From NCBI GenBank assembly GCA_043228905.1, contig JBHGNT010000015.1, positions 15,996,001-16,060,000 on the forward strand: 64,000 nucleotides of DNA, written 5' to 3'. The position numbers and the translations under genes are program-made. This document shows positions 50,216-63,800 of this stretch, piece after piece (the stretch's first letter is position 1; each line of letters begins with the position of its first letter). The DNA comes from Azolla caroliniana. Its lineage: Eukaryota > Plantae > Polypodiophyta. Under the pieces are notes generated by a model. That model was not told where the DNA came from, did no database searches, and was given only the letters and a program-made list of their open reading frames with translations.

Positions 50216-50953
50216 GAGCATAGATAAAAGATAGAGACAATGTATGATTCAAGAAAGAAGATTGAGACAAAGTATGATTCAAGGAACAAGAGTATATGAT
50301 ATAAACATTCAATGTATATTAAAAGTATAATATTTTACCAACTTTACAATCCTTGATCGCAAACAGAACACATTCTCTATCGACCCTTGATTTGAAGCCA
50401 CGACCTCAACTTCGAAACGAGAGGTTCTCCACCCAATGAGCTAGTCTTCTTTACTTGATTGTATTATTTTCTCACTCTCCCTTGATTCATTCCTCTTGTT
50501 TTCCTTGCCCCTCTTTATATAAGTGTTGCCATGCATATGGTAATGTATGGGAGCATGGCATGCATGCAATGCATGAGTTACATGTAATGCATGATCGCCA
50601 TTTGGCACACATGCATTGCATGTGATGAATGATGGCTATGTATGAAAATAGATATGGGATAACTATAATGATGAAAATGCATTCTAAAATAACTAACCTA
50701 GCTTAGTGGTGTATGCTTGGTGCTTGGTATACAAGGTTGAGGGTTCAAGTCCCTCAATTTTACTTAATACAATATATAGCTTCATTCTTATATCATGAAG
50801 CACATTTATTACATACTTTTACAAATAAATAGCCTAGCCTAGTGGTATGTACATTGTACATCGTTTATAAGGATGTGGGTTCAAGTCTCTCAAATATTAT
50901 TAAATACAACATTTAAGCTCATTTTTATATCGTGAAGCACATTCTTCACGACA
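49999..50953 (-). mobile_element. 955-bp solo-LTR-like insertion (TGTCG...CGACA, 4-bp CCGC TSD) with three tRNA-like modules
   Basis: Interrupts EYRGA|AIATCE of Copia-B5 RNase H; removing it and one CCGC restores the frame. Minus-strand TATATAAAG near 50514-50522. Confidence 0.85.
50136..50214. repeat. Compound (TG)n(AG)n microsatellite
   Basis: Read directly from the sequence. Confidence 0.95.
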
Positions 50954-53900
50954 CCGCTCCTCGGTACTCAGCTTCGGTACTCGACAGTGCAACTGTCGGT
51001 TGCTTCTTACTGCTCCACGCAATCGCGACACTCCCGAGGGAGAACGCGTATCCGGACGTGGATCGGCGATCGGCGGCGTTGCCAGCCCAATCAGCATCGG
51101 TGTAGCCGACTAACTGCGCGGCTGCACCGGTCCGATATAGCAGCCCCAGGTCCTTAGTGCCGTTGACATACCGAAGTATGCATTGCGCACACTGGAGGTG
51201 CTCCTCGGTAAGTCGCGCCATGAACTGACTGATCACTCCGACCGGATAACTGAGGTCGGGTCGGCTGATGGTCAAGTATATGAGGCTTCTGACAATTTGT
51301 TGGAACCTCGTCGGGTCGCATACCTTTCCCGTATCGGGACGAAGCTTGACGGTTCTGTCCAGAGGAGTCGAGACGGACTTACAGTCGGCCATCCCGAATT
51401 TGAAGAGCATACTCAGCACGTAATGATGTTGGCTGATCAATATGCCTTCGGGGGTACGGATCACTTCGATCCTAAGGAAGTAATGAAGCTCCCCCAGATC
51501 CTTCATGTCAAATGATGCCGCAAGCTGGAGCTTCACGTGGTCGATTTCACCTAGGTCGGCGCCGGTGATGACCAAGTCATCAACATATAGTAAAATACTA
51601 ACCAGTCCGAGTCGACCTTTCCGGATGAACAGGGAAGAGTCCGATTTTGACGTGACGAAGCCCATCCGACGCAGTTGTTGCGTGATCTTCGCGTTCCAGG
51701 CACGCAGGGCTTGCTTCAGTCCGTAAAGGGACTTCTTCAGTCGGCATACTGCCGAGGAGTTCGTTCCAGAGTGAAATCCGGGGGGCTGTACCATGTACAC
51801 CTGTTCCTCAAGGTCACCTTGCAGGAACGCATTCTTTACATCCATCTGATGTAAGTGCCACCCCTTCACCACAGATACTGCGAGCAAAACACGGACGATC
51901 GTAAATTTCGCAACCGGCGCAAACGTCTCATCGTAGTCGATGCTGTGTTTCTGCGCGTAGCCCTTTGCCACTAGCCGAGCCTTTTACCGGTTGACCGAGC
52001 CATCGGTGTTGTACTTGACCTTGTACACCCACCTACACCCGATCGGTTTTACCCCTCTTGGTGCGTCAACCAGGTCCCAGGTCTCGTTTTCTGCCAATGC
52101 GTGCATCTCTTCCTCCATCACGGCACGCCAATTCGCGTCTTTAGTCGCTTCTGCGTAGCTCTCCGGCTCACGCACTTCCGCTACACGGGTCATATACGCA
52201 TAATGATGTGCCATGTACTCGTTGTATCCGAACCGCAAAACAGGATTCTTCTGGCGGGTAGATCGGCGTAATCTCTCATTAGCCGATGTCGAGGCCTTCT
52301 CGGTCGATGCAGACTTCACCTTTAAAGACCCATCACCGGTTCCCTCGTAGTCGGACTCGTGTCGGTCTGACTCGTTCCTATCCGTGCCGGAATCCGACAC
52401 CTTCTTCTTCACTTTCTCTTTGCGCGTAAGCCGTCTCCTCGGCTTCCTGCATAGGGAATGCACGACCGAGTCTCCACTACTCGCCGGCTCTTCATCGGAC
52501 TGATCGTACCGACTCAGTCGTCCAATCGGTCCACTTAAACGGAGTGAAATCGGACTCTCTTCGCGGGTCTCGATTTCGTGCTCATCCAGAGGCACCTCGG
52601 CCTCGTTGACCTCATCGTCAGAACTTTGATTGGAGTCGGGGTTCAGAGTCGGGGGCTAGTACCAGGACGCGGACTCGTCAACCACAACGTCGCAGCTAAC
52701 ACGCGCTTGTTTGGTGCGAGGGTTATAGCACTTATAACCCTTCTGCTCGTCCGAGTAACCGACCAAGATGCATTTCTCGGCCTTTGCGTCCAGCTTCCTC
52801 CTTTTCTCCTTCGGTACATGCACATACACAATGCTACCGAACACCCTCAAGTGTCGCAAGTTCGGCTTCGTTCCGAAATATAGCTCGTGCGCCGACACTT
52901 TGTCTCCGATCCGGTTTTGGATGTATACCACGGTCCTTACCGCCTCGGCCCAGTAGAACTTGGGCAAGCTCTTTTCCTCCAGCATTGCCCGTGCCGCTTC
53001 CACAACTGACCAATTCTTCCTCTCAGCCACGCCGTTCTACTCCGGCGTGTATCTACAACTGAATTCGCGCCGAATTCCCATTTGTTGTAGATAACCGTTG
53101 AATTGAACGGAAAAGTACTCTTTCCCGCCATCCGACCGCAGGCACTTGATCTTTCGTCCCGTTTCCGTTTCCACGAACCCTTTGAGGTCCCGGAAACAGT
53201 CAAAGACTTCGCTCTTCCGCTCAATGAGGTAGATCCATATGTGCCGCATGTGGTCGTCGATGAAGGAGACGAAATATCAGCTCCCGCCAAGACTAACGTT
53301 TTGTGCCGGCCCCCACACATCGGAGTGTATAAGGTCGAGCTTGTTCCGGCTCCGATTTCGCTCATTGGGGAAAGGAAGTCGGTGTTGCTTCCCGAGCTGG
53401 CAGGCTTCACAAATTTGTGCCTTTCAGCCACTAAATTTGGGCAATCCGAACACTACCTATTTCGATTGCAGATCTTGAAGCCGCTAGTAGTTGACGTGGC
53501 CTATCCGCTTGTGCCACAAGTCGATGTCCGACTCGGCTTTTTGTCCCTTCGCGAACATTGCGGTGCCGCCGTCAGTGGAATCGAGGATGAACATCCTCCC
53601 GTTTCTGTGCCCTTGCGCAATCACACGGCCTTCTTCCTCAATGAAGCACCCGAGGTGTGTAAACCGAACCTCCATCCCTTGGTTGACGATCTGTCCGACC
53701 GAGACCAAGTTCTTCGTGATTGTCGGAATGTGCAACACGTCCATGAGTTTCCCTTTCTACCCGACGTGGCTAAGGGGAACTTCTCTGACATTCGCGATCG
53801 GATGCGGAGTGTCGTCTCCACTTGCGACTACTCCAGGTTGTATCGGTTTTTCAAGGTACGGGAACCACTACTTATGGCTCGTCATGTGGTTTGACGCGCC

Positions 53901-55599
53901 GGAGTCTACGTACCACACCTCGTCCGATCTCGGGGTGGTCCGTTTCATTGAGTTTTCTTCGTGTCTCGTCATGAAGGCAAACCCTTCTCCGGCTCTCCCG
54001 GAGTCTTCGGCGTAGTGCGATCGCTGCCGATTTCCCTTGTCGGTATGTCCGGAGCCGTTTCCAGAACCGGTTCTCTCCGAATCGGCGCGCTTCTTCCAGC
54101 ACTCACTTTCCCTATGGCCTTTCTTGCCATAGTACTAGCACTCCGCAATGGCCTTCCCTTGCCGGTTCTCATCGCTTCGACTCCCCTTGTTTCCGGAGGG
54201 TCCGAGGTTGCTGTCGGCATCACTTCGGTGCCTTCTTCCTTGATCTCGTCGGCCACCTCCATTGCACGCCGACTCGCCTCATCCTCCACGTCCACGGGGC
54301 CTATCTCCCTCCGTGTACAACATTCTGCTGTAGGTGTGCGTGCTTGTAGACGCACCCGCGTGGTTCTCCTCTACTAGGAGCATTGACTGTAAGTCGAAAA
54401 AGGACGGTGTATTCTCCCGGGTACACACAACCGTTCGGAACGCTCCGAACTTCGACGCCAAATCTCCGAGACAGATCTAGACCATCTCGCTCTCCTCGAT
54501 GTTCACCTCTATGGAGGCGAGGGAGTCGCAGATATCCTTGATCTTCGAGGTATAGTCCGCCACCGACAAGTCGCGTTGTCGTAGGTTGCTCAACTCCTGT
54601 CGGAATTGAAGCTTCTTGGCTGTGGTGCTCGCGGCGAAAATCTTCTTCAGATTTTCCCACGCACCCTTCGGCGTCTTTGCATCCCGAACATAGCTCAATA
54701 GTTGTTCGCCCACACACGACGTGAAGCAGTATAATACCCTGCTCGCCGATTGCTCCCACGACGGGAAGTCTCTGTGTGTCGATTCGGGTGCCGCGTCATT
54801 AGATCCTTCAACATAACTCCAGTAGCCGTGCCCGAGCAGGTACTGGTGCATCTTGTAGGACCAAGACGTGTAGTTGGTTCTGTTGAGCGTCTCTGTTGGA
54901 AGCGAGCTCGCCATGCCTCTATCCATCGTTCTTCTGGTTCTTCTTCATCAAGCTATGTCGGCTGCAGAGAGGTTCTCAACCCTCTCGCTCTGATACCATG
55001 AAAAGAGTAACGTGCGGAAGCAAGTATGAAGACCGAACAAAAGGAAGAAAACTCAGGTTTAATGGAGAGCTTGAGCTTACGCAGTATACGCAGGAGAGAC
55101 AGAGAGAGTGAGAGAGAAAAAACACAAGAACTATATTCAACACACGCTCTGTACATATGTGTGTTCAGTGAACACTTTTATACAAGTCCTAGAAGGACTG
55201 ACCGAAGTACTGACAATAATTCAATGCTCATTAAGAGCTTCTACACTAACTCCCAAATATATTCCTCACGGAATATCTTTCCTAACGACCTCCCGGTTTA
55301 CACACCGATCCGGCCCTACCTACGCACCGGTCTGCGTACCGGTTTACGCATTCGGCCTAACCGATCGGTCCCAACCGATCCGGTCCTCGGCTTCTTCATC
55401 CGATCCGGCCGATGTTGAGCTTGTCTCTCAACAATAGTGATTTAAACTTTGCACTATTTGTGCATATCAATAGCTCTAAGCACTAGGCCATTTACTTTTT
55501 GTTATTTAATATTTATTTTAACTAATATATATTTACATTTTTGTGGTTGTCCGTTTTTTCCCTTTCTTCTATTTTCTACCTCGGACATGCCACATCTCG

Positions 55600-56040
55600 A
55601 CATTGGCATCTCCCCTTTCATTAGAATTCCATGGAAATTAGATTGATCTCCGGTTCATGCCTAATCAACGCTACCACTGACTCTTTAACATCTCTTATTT
55701 GTGTGGGAGTTTCCATTGTTGGCCTTGCCCAATTTGGTCTCATATAATGGCTTTCCATGTAGCACTCCCTTGCCTCAAACCTGTTCGTTGTTACCTCATT
55801 CACCATAATGGGCCTCCTCCCTTTTGTCTCAGTCTAATGCCAATTTCTCTTCATTAAATCTATGAAGACAATGTGGAATTTCTTCCTTACTATTCCAAGG
55901 ACCACTCCTACAGTGAACTCTACACGATTGTGTAGAATCCTCTCCCCCATCACCCACTTGAGGTTCATCATTTGCTCTAAGAGAAAGCATGTAGGTCGCT
56001 CCACCTTTTTCTTTTCCATTTTCATTGTTAGCCAATATTG
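55600..56040 (-). pseudogene. Highly degenerate gag-end/protease fragment of the Trp-primed Gypsy family
   Basis: ORFs 55621-55806 (SHYMRPNWARPTMET...EINLIS) and 55834-56025 (VLGIVRKKFH). Confidence 0.7.
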
Positions 56041-56699
56041 GAGTTAGGCCCTCCCTTCTCTACGTGAAAAAACAAGTGCACTCGCAAGTAATATTCTAGT
56101 CTTGCGAGTAACAAGCAAATGTTATGACAAAAACGATAAAATAAGGCACTCCCCATAAGAATCACGCAGTGACGAAAACATGGGTCAAAAAACCCATGTG
56201 CTACCTACTAAAAAAAAATGTCACAAATAAGTGGATGGTGCGAGGTATGCACATATACATCCCAATATGGTGGTTGTAATTTGCACAATTGTGACATAAG
56301 CCACAAATTGATACAAGTGGTGGTGGTGTTGTGCACAAAGATGTAGAACTCAAATCTATGATTAAAACATCAATAGGGGAACTCATGTGGTTTTACTTGA
56401 GTTCTAAGGCTCGATAATATGAGTTAAACCTTGATGAACCGTTGGAAAAAATCGTTCAAAAAACGGTATGATGCCCACTCAATATTAAAAAATAGTCTAC
56501 ATGAATCATTACACCATTAAACGAATAGTATAGATGAACTTAAAATAAGGGCAAGAAAGAGAGTTAATTGTGGGTGGGTAAATGACAATTACTAGAAAAT
56601 CATACAAAAGTTAAATGAAAATTTGTGTAATTAGAAATTAATTAGAATAATAATCAATTAGGTGTATAAACCATTAAGCATGCCTTAAGGTATAAAACC

Positions 56700-57620
56700 C
56701 TAAGGTAGTCGACATGCACCTCCTCAAGACCACCACATATCCCTAAAATCGGCCAAGTGATGGCTCAATAGAGAGTAGAGTGGTAAAGGTAGGTGACATA
56801 CACCTCGTCATGGCCACAACATCCCATAGAATCGGCCAAGTGATGGTTCAATCGGGAAGAGTGGCATCCTCAACATCATATGCAAAAGGGCCATGAGGTG
56901 AGCGTGTGCGATTAGGGCAAACACGCTCGACCCAATGCACAACAATAAGTAATATCGTAAGAGAAGGCTCAAGAGAGGAGAGCATAGGAGATACATCGCA
57001 ATATACAAAAGGGCCATGAGTTGAGCGTGTGTGATTAGTGCAAACATGCTCGACCCGATGCATAAGTAGATTAACATCGTATGATGGTAGAAAGAAGAAA
57101 GAAAAGAAAAGAAAACGTAATACCACTTCCATATGACCAAGAAGAAAGCATAATAGAAAAGAAAAGAGAGATCAAGAAAGAAGAATACCGGGTTAAGAAT
57201 GTTGTTTTGATCCTGTGAAGAGCATGACAAGCCTTGTTAGATCCCCATCGCTCACACGCAAAAAACATCAAAACAACCAAAAGAAATTGTTAGTAAATGC
57301 TTTGATACCACTGTTAAGAGTCTATTAATAATCAATAGACCAAACTAAAGTAAAAGAAGGAAAATAGAATGGATAGAAGAACCCGTTCTACCCGACCACC
57401 CCCGAGCTATGATCTAGACATAGCCAACCTACCACCGATGTCCCATATCGCCGGATATTAGGATGACTAATACCTTGGAAGAGATAAACACGATCATCGA
57501 GACGAAAGCCTAGCCCGCACCACTAGTGTCTACGACAGGAGCCTTCCGACGTAATGTCATTATGAGGGTACTTAAGCCTCATATTTGTACCTTTTCCTAG
57601 GCCCCTTGAATAGATGTGCC
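56700..57620 (-). mobile_element. 5' LTR (from 57312), Met PBS and repeat-containing leader of a diverged chromovirus relative
   Basis: tgatacca at 57303-57310, then TGTTAAG. Shares cccgaccacccccgagc with the 37243 LTR. Duplicated leader units lie at 56745-57065. Confidence 0.65.
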
Positions 57621-57623
57621 TTT

Positions 57624-58200
57624 CTAAAAGGCTCTCCATTCATTGGTTGTCCAAATCATGATAGTGCATGCACCGATCATTCCTTCTATCCAATCATTAG
57701 CCCCCTTTTTAACATTAGTGAACATACCCTTCACTAATGTAAATATTGGTGACCTACCCTCACCAACGTTATGTGTACATAACACATAATGCCTCCTTCC
57801 TATTGGAGCCTTGCTTCTCAAGAAGGCCTCATCATCCCATTGTTGCCTATTGTCGAAGTGTCTATAGGTCCTTTTTATGATGGACCAATCCAATGTAAGA
57901 CCATATTAGGCCAACTCTTTCTTATCTCTAACATCCACCGCCTTGAGGAACAACATGACTTTACTCGAGTCAAGTATAGTCCTATCAAGTGTTGAGAGGC
58001 ATCCAAACTACTTCTCGAACTCTTAAAGTGTTGTGGTGGTGCTCATCACCTTTTCGAGTGACTTGATCCAATCCATTTATTCTTTTGTTATAATCTTTGA
58101 GGAGTCAACAAAGCCATACACTTTGAGTATCCCCCTCTCGAACTTGTCCCAATTGCAGCTCTCTACTTCCAACCGGATGACCTCCACATGGAGGCTTAGT
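57624..58200 (-). pseudogene. Degenerate gag fragment of the Trp-primed Gypsy family
   Basis: MDWSIIKRTYRHFDNRQQW resembles VKRVCGRFDKRREW (34527-34721). Confidence 0.55.
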
Positions 58201-58205
58201 GTTAT

Positions 58206-58715
58206 TGTTAGAGCTTAATCCTAATGTAAGCATGAAATAAGGAAATATAATAAAGATAAATAAGAAAAGAGAGAGAAAGACGGGTGTTGATCCACCTGAC
58301 CACCCCCGAGCGAAGGGATCAAGATAGACTCGAGCCTAGATCAGCGTCCCATACCACTGCCTAGGGATCGACTTGTACTTGGTACTAGTGTGTTCACTAC
58401 AAGAGTTTGATCACCACAAGATAAGTGTCTCAACATAGTCAAAATGAGGTGTCTAATGAGGGTAGCTAGACCTCATATTTATAACCAAACCCAAGGCCCC
58501 CCATGCCACTTCGCAGTTGGCCCTTATGGGTTGTCTCAATTCCTCAGATTAAAAGTAATCCTACCTTCTTTTCACTCTCGATTAACCCTCACACTTTATC
58601 CACGTTTATAGAATACTATGGTATAAACTAACCACAAGAAGTTAGGGAAGTTAGTTTGTATGGTGTCTTCTCGTTCCCACGTAGCATCTTTATAGATTTA
58701 TCCATCCATTTATAG
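58206..58715 (-). mobile_element. Chromovirus LTR remnant joined to a chromodomain fragment
   Basis: 58206-58640 is homologous to 37243-37698. 58640-58715 encodes KWMDKSIKDATWEREDTIQTNFPNF on the minus strand. Confidence 0.75.
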
Positions 58716-58719
58716 TTAC

Positions 58720-60891
58720 ATGCCGTGTATGAAAATAAGTCCTAAACGTCAAAACTGATACTAATCCGACAACTATTCAACATGAAGATGAGAGAGACTG
58801 ATCCAGCCACCTCCCACATCAACACCACCCAAATCCTCACATAGGATATTCGGCAAAAATCGATGGGACTCACCATCAACGAGTCGGCAAAAGTACACCA
58901 CTCGACCGAGTCGATCAAGGGAACAAGTCGAACAATCCAATCAAAATGCCAGTTGATCGAGAAAGAGGGGAGATCAACAAGTGTTGAAGTCGAGAAATAG
59001 TCGACCAAGTGATTTTTGTACTCATTGCCGAAAATTCAGTCATAATGTTTCTGACTGATGGTCAATCAAGAGAAAAGAGAGCGGTGGCGATTCGAATGGA
59101 ACACAGGACGATCCGACTCGAACCGCTCTTCAGTCGGCAACCAAATCAATGTTGCAGACTCCCAATTAGGAGAAATCCTCTCTTTAGAGGACTCGGTGAT
59201 CGGAGAACTCCTCTATAGTGCGCAAGACACACACACGCGTGGTTACTGGACTCTAGTGCCACATTTCATGTAACCCCAAACATCGAATGGTTTTCAAACT
59301 ATTCGGTTGGCACCAACAACACAATCCGACTAGGAAACGGCAGGAATGCAAGATCGCCCGAATCGACAAAGTACCAATTCAATTGTCTAATGGCAACACA
59401 ATAGTCCTGCACCAAGTTCGACACTTACCCGCATTGAAAAGGAGTCTGATCTCCATCGACATGTTAGTCGAAGATAGGTACAGAATGACTCTCAATGAGT
59501 CAACCTGGATGATAAGCCGAGGAAACCTGAAGATCGGAAGCAGCCACAAGTACAAAAACTTGTATCCAATTATGGCTATCAATCCAGAAGGGGTCGTGAA
59601 CGTAACCGAATCTACTGATCCGAACCTATGACATGACCGACAAAGTCATATGTCGCAAGCCAGATTGGGCTAGCTAATGGCGGTTGGCTACATTCTGAAA
59701 CTCCTAGCGAAGATGGACTTCTGCGAGCATTGTCAATACGGGAAACAAACCCTACATCCTCACTCTTTCCACTGCTAGATGGTACGACAACCCCTAGAGC
59801 CCATGCACACAAATATATGTGGGCCTATGCCCGAGCAATCACTAGGAGGCTCCCGGTACTTCAACACATTTGTAGATGATTGTACATGGAAGTTCTGGGC
59901 CTATTCGATTAGGTCCAAAGATGAAGCGCTAGAGATCTTCGCTCGATGGCTAGTCGAAGTGGAGAATCAATCAAGATATAGAGTGAAGATGCTCAGATCT
60001 GACAACGGAGGTGAATACACCTCTTGAGCCTTCAAACAGTACTTGTCTGACAACGGGATCCGGCACCAAAAGACTGTTCCATAAACACCCATGCAGAATG
60101 GAGTAGCTGAACGGATCAACCGAATGATCCAGGAGAGGGTGATGGCAATGCTCCAACAAGCTAGAGTTCTAGGCCGAAGTGTTGCAGACAGCAGTTTACC
60201 AGATAAATCTAGCACCGTCGAAAGCAATAAGACTCAAAGTGCCACAAACACTATGGTTAGGCAAACAACCGACCTACAAGAGGCTCTGTATATTCAGATG
60301 AAGCCTATGCATTCATCCCTAGGGAGAAAAAGACCAAATTGGCACCCCGCGGGACAAAATGCATATTTCTCGGTTATGGAACCGACGGGGATTTTGCCTA
60401 TCGACTATGGGACCCAGAGAATCAGAAATTGATCAGAAGTAGTGATGTAGTCTTCAACAAAGACTCGTTTCTCTCTGAGTGGAACCAACAGAAAACAGTC
60501 GGCAAAAATGTCTCTTTTGAAGTTGATAAAGACATCGTAGAAAGACTGACCCACCAGGCCGAATCAGATAGCTGACACCACACCTACCGACTCCGAATCG
60601 GCAAGAGGTCCACTGGTTGTAATTGATTTGACTACGAGATTGAGAAGAGCTGACAACGACAAAGTCAAAATGACCAAATAAAAGGCTACCCTGTCCATCA
60701 ATCCCGAAACAAGGGAGGATGATTCGACATCATCGAAATCCTGTTACAGGGGTGAGTCATCCCGAAGGACTCCTGAAGGTGGTTCAAGCAATACCGATCG
60801 GCTAACTAAGTCGACTGAAAAAATTAAACCGATAAAATCGGCACCCAAGAGATCTACACGAGTCAAAAGGCCGACAAACTTCTATTCATGG
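58720..60891 (+). mobile_element. Old degenerate Copia related to Copia-A (gag end, protease, integrase)
   Basis: WLLDSSATFHVTP near 59240, HTNICGPMP, LRSDNGGEY, QNGVAERINR, CIFLGYG...YRLWDPE; many stops. Confidence 0.85.
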
Positions 60892-63800
60892 TGTCGAATA
60901 CATGTGTATAATGGACGTATTCACACTATCCCGTTTTGGCCATTTATGTAATTAGCATAAAGGGTAGTTGCCCTAAGTCGGTCACTATATATAGTGACCT
61001 TGTAACCTTTTTGTAAGGTTGGATGTTGTATTAGTGCTTTGAGAAATAAGAAACTCTTTTGTGCCTCTCTCTCTCTCTCACTCTCTCTCTGTGCAACGAC
61101 CTACAAACTGTCATACGCAGGCATTCAGCAAGGCTATGAATGCTACTTGATCTTCCGCACTGACGACCTCGTCTCCAACATCTGGTATCAGAGCAGAGGT
61201 TCGGCTGTCATCACCGCCTGCACAGCATTCGGTTCTTCACTTCATCACGGCCTGCACAGTATTCGCGTCATTCGAAGAAAGAGAGAAGAAGAACAAAAAC
61301 GAGGTTTGCACCTCATCGCGTTAGATCCTCTTGCTTGGAGTAAGCCATCAGGTTGTACTCTGTTCCTTGTGATCGTAACCGCTCGAGGTGAAATCCTCTT
61401 GTGCATCGTTGACAACAACCCAAATTCGCGCTTCATCTGGCTGATCGACATTCGGGAGGATCAGTTGGATCCGTCTCTCTCGTTGCTGCAGTCAACCGAA
61501 GCAGAATCGGTCCAGATAATCGGTTTCAATAATCGGTATTCGGCAACATTCGGGAAGACCAGTCGGTTCTGTCCCTCAAGCTACCGAAGTCAATTCGAGC
61601 AAGTTCCGAAGCCGAACCGACTCGGGTTCAAATCCGACTAGAACGATATCGGGTGAGCCAACCGGCTGCACTCCAACAAGGTTCGTAGTCAACTCCGAAC
61701 CGAGCTTCGTCAACCGAAACCGAATTTGATGGCATCAACATCCGGCTCGTCAGAAATGAGTCTCCGAAAGTTCGATGGATCGAACTTCAACTTCTGGAAG
61801 GAACAAATGCAGGACTATCTCATAGTCAAGGGGCAAATCGATCCCATCGAAAATGAAGAACCTCCAGAAGGATACAAACCAATTGAGTGGCAGAAGCTGG
61901 ACAGAATCGTCCGCGCCACGATTCGGATGCACCTATCGGAATCGGTATACTTTACGGTGCAATCGTGTACGACAGCATTCGAATTGTGGAAAACACTGTC
62001 GGACACTTACGAAAAGAAGGTCGCTGCAACGAAGATGTTTCTGATCCGGCGCCTCTACAACTTGCGGATGAAAGAATCCGATTCGGTTCAAGCACACCTC
62101 AATGAGTACGAAAGCATAAGCTCCCAAATCTCGTCACAGGGGACGGCAATCGAGGATGAACTCAGAGCAATGATACTCATGAGTAGCCTTCCCTCATCAT
62201 GGGAAACTTTCGTCACAACCGTGTGCAACGCGTCAACCACGGCTGTTAAATACTCCGAAGTCACGAGCGCAATCCTGACCGAAGCAGCTCGGAGAAAGTC
62301 TTTCGCCAAAGACTCAACAGACGACGCTTATGTAGTACAAGGTTCGACAGACCGATCGAACATACGAGGAAGAGATTCCTCACGGCCGCCGAACAATCAG
62401 TGAAGACGGAGCCAGTCACGGGATAACCGAATCTGCAACTATTGCAAGAAACCCGGACACATCAAAGCCGACTGCCGCGCACTCAAGAACAAGAACAACA
62501 AGAAGAGTGGCCGGCATGAGGAGGTCAACTACGTCAGCTTCTCAGCTGATGTGCTACCAGACGACCCGAATATACTATCAATCGAAAATCCAGTCGGATC
62601 AGAAGTTCTACTCACGACTGAAGAGTCGAGCACATGGCTCTTAGATTCGGGCGCGTCATTTCACGTGACTCCTCATCGATCCCAATTTCGGCAATATACG
62701 ATCCGTCACTCCGACTCAGTTCGAGTCGGTAACTCGCAACACTGTGACATCATCGGAATCGGCACATTAGAGCTCAACCTTGCAGGTGGCTCTACACTTG
62801 TACTCCACGATGTCCGACATGTACCCGAGCTCTCAAGGCCATTGATCTCAGTCGGACAACTAGATGAAGACGGCATTCGTGCCGGTTTTTCTTCGGGAGG
62901 GTGGACACTCCACAGGGGGAACCTCCTGCTTGCTAGAGGACCCAAGATACACTCACTGTATCCGTTACATGTTACGCTCAGAGAGGGTAACCTGTTTTTG
63001 GTGGATATTCCTGTGTCATCACTATGGCACCGAAGATTAGGACACCTCAGCAAGGCCGACATCACGCACCTATCTAGAGCCGGATACATCCCCAAACTCT
63101 CCTTCTCCGACCATCAATTCTGCGAGCATTGCCAGTATGGCAAACAAGCAGCCGCGTCACACCCGACATCAGCACCAAGAGAAACGAGACCTCTTGATTT
63201 AGTCCATTCGGATGTCTGTGGCCCAATGCCGCATCAGTCTCTAGGCGGTGCCTCTTACTTCGTCACTTTTATTGACGATTCGACTCGAAAGGTGTGGGCT
63301 TATCCGATTCGCACCAAAGATCGGGTCTTCTCGATCTTCTCAGATTGGCTCGCTATGGTAGAAAATCAAACCGACCGAAAACTGAAATGCTTTCGGACAG
63401 ACAATGGGGGAGAGTTCAAATCCGAAGAATTCGTCAAATTCTGCCGACAACGCGGCATCCGACGTGAATTTACGGCACCACACAGCCCGGAGCAAAACGG
63501 GATTGCCGAACGCATGAATCGGACAATCCAAGAACGGATAGTTTCCATGCTCCAACACTCCGGACTGTCGGATGGCTTCTGGGCAGATGCTCTACTCACG
63601 GCAGTACACATAATCAATATGTCGCCAAGTAGACCTCTAGGACTTCAAATTCCTCAGGAACTATGGATCGGCAGTAAGCCGAATTACGACAAGCTGAGGA
63701 TCTTCGGATGCGAGGCGTACGCCCTTATTCCGAAAGATGATCGCCGAAAACTTGCACCTCGGTCCAGGAAATGCATTTTCCTTGGATATGGATCCGACGG

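Larger units (their letters stand above)
48703..55433 (-). mobile_element. Full-length degenerate Copia-B5 with a nested solo LTR
   Basis: 435-bp LTRs at 54999-55433 and 48703-49137, TSD GTAGT/ATAGT, Met-i PBS 54987-54998. gag 54926-54279, integrase about 53430-52656, RT ORF 50946-51971 (YVDDL), RNase H plus extension 49327-49968. Confidence 0.93.

Noticed and set aside
50381-50895. Functional tRNA genes
   Set aside because: A/B boxes and T-arms are present, but acceptor and anticodon stems do not pair properly; treated as tRNA-derived modules.
61039-61641. Conserved leader ORF in Copia-A (also 9910-10299)
   Set aside because: Non-ATG starts, different N-termini, and similarity explained by near-identical DNA; no evidence of coding selection.
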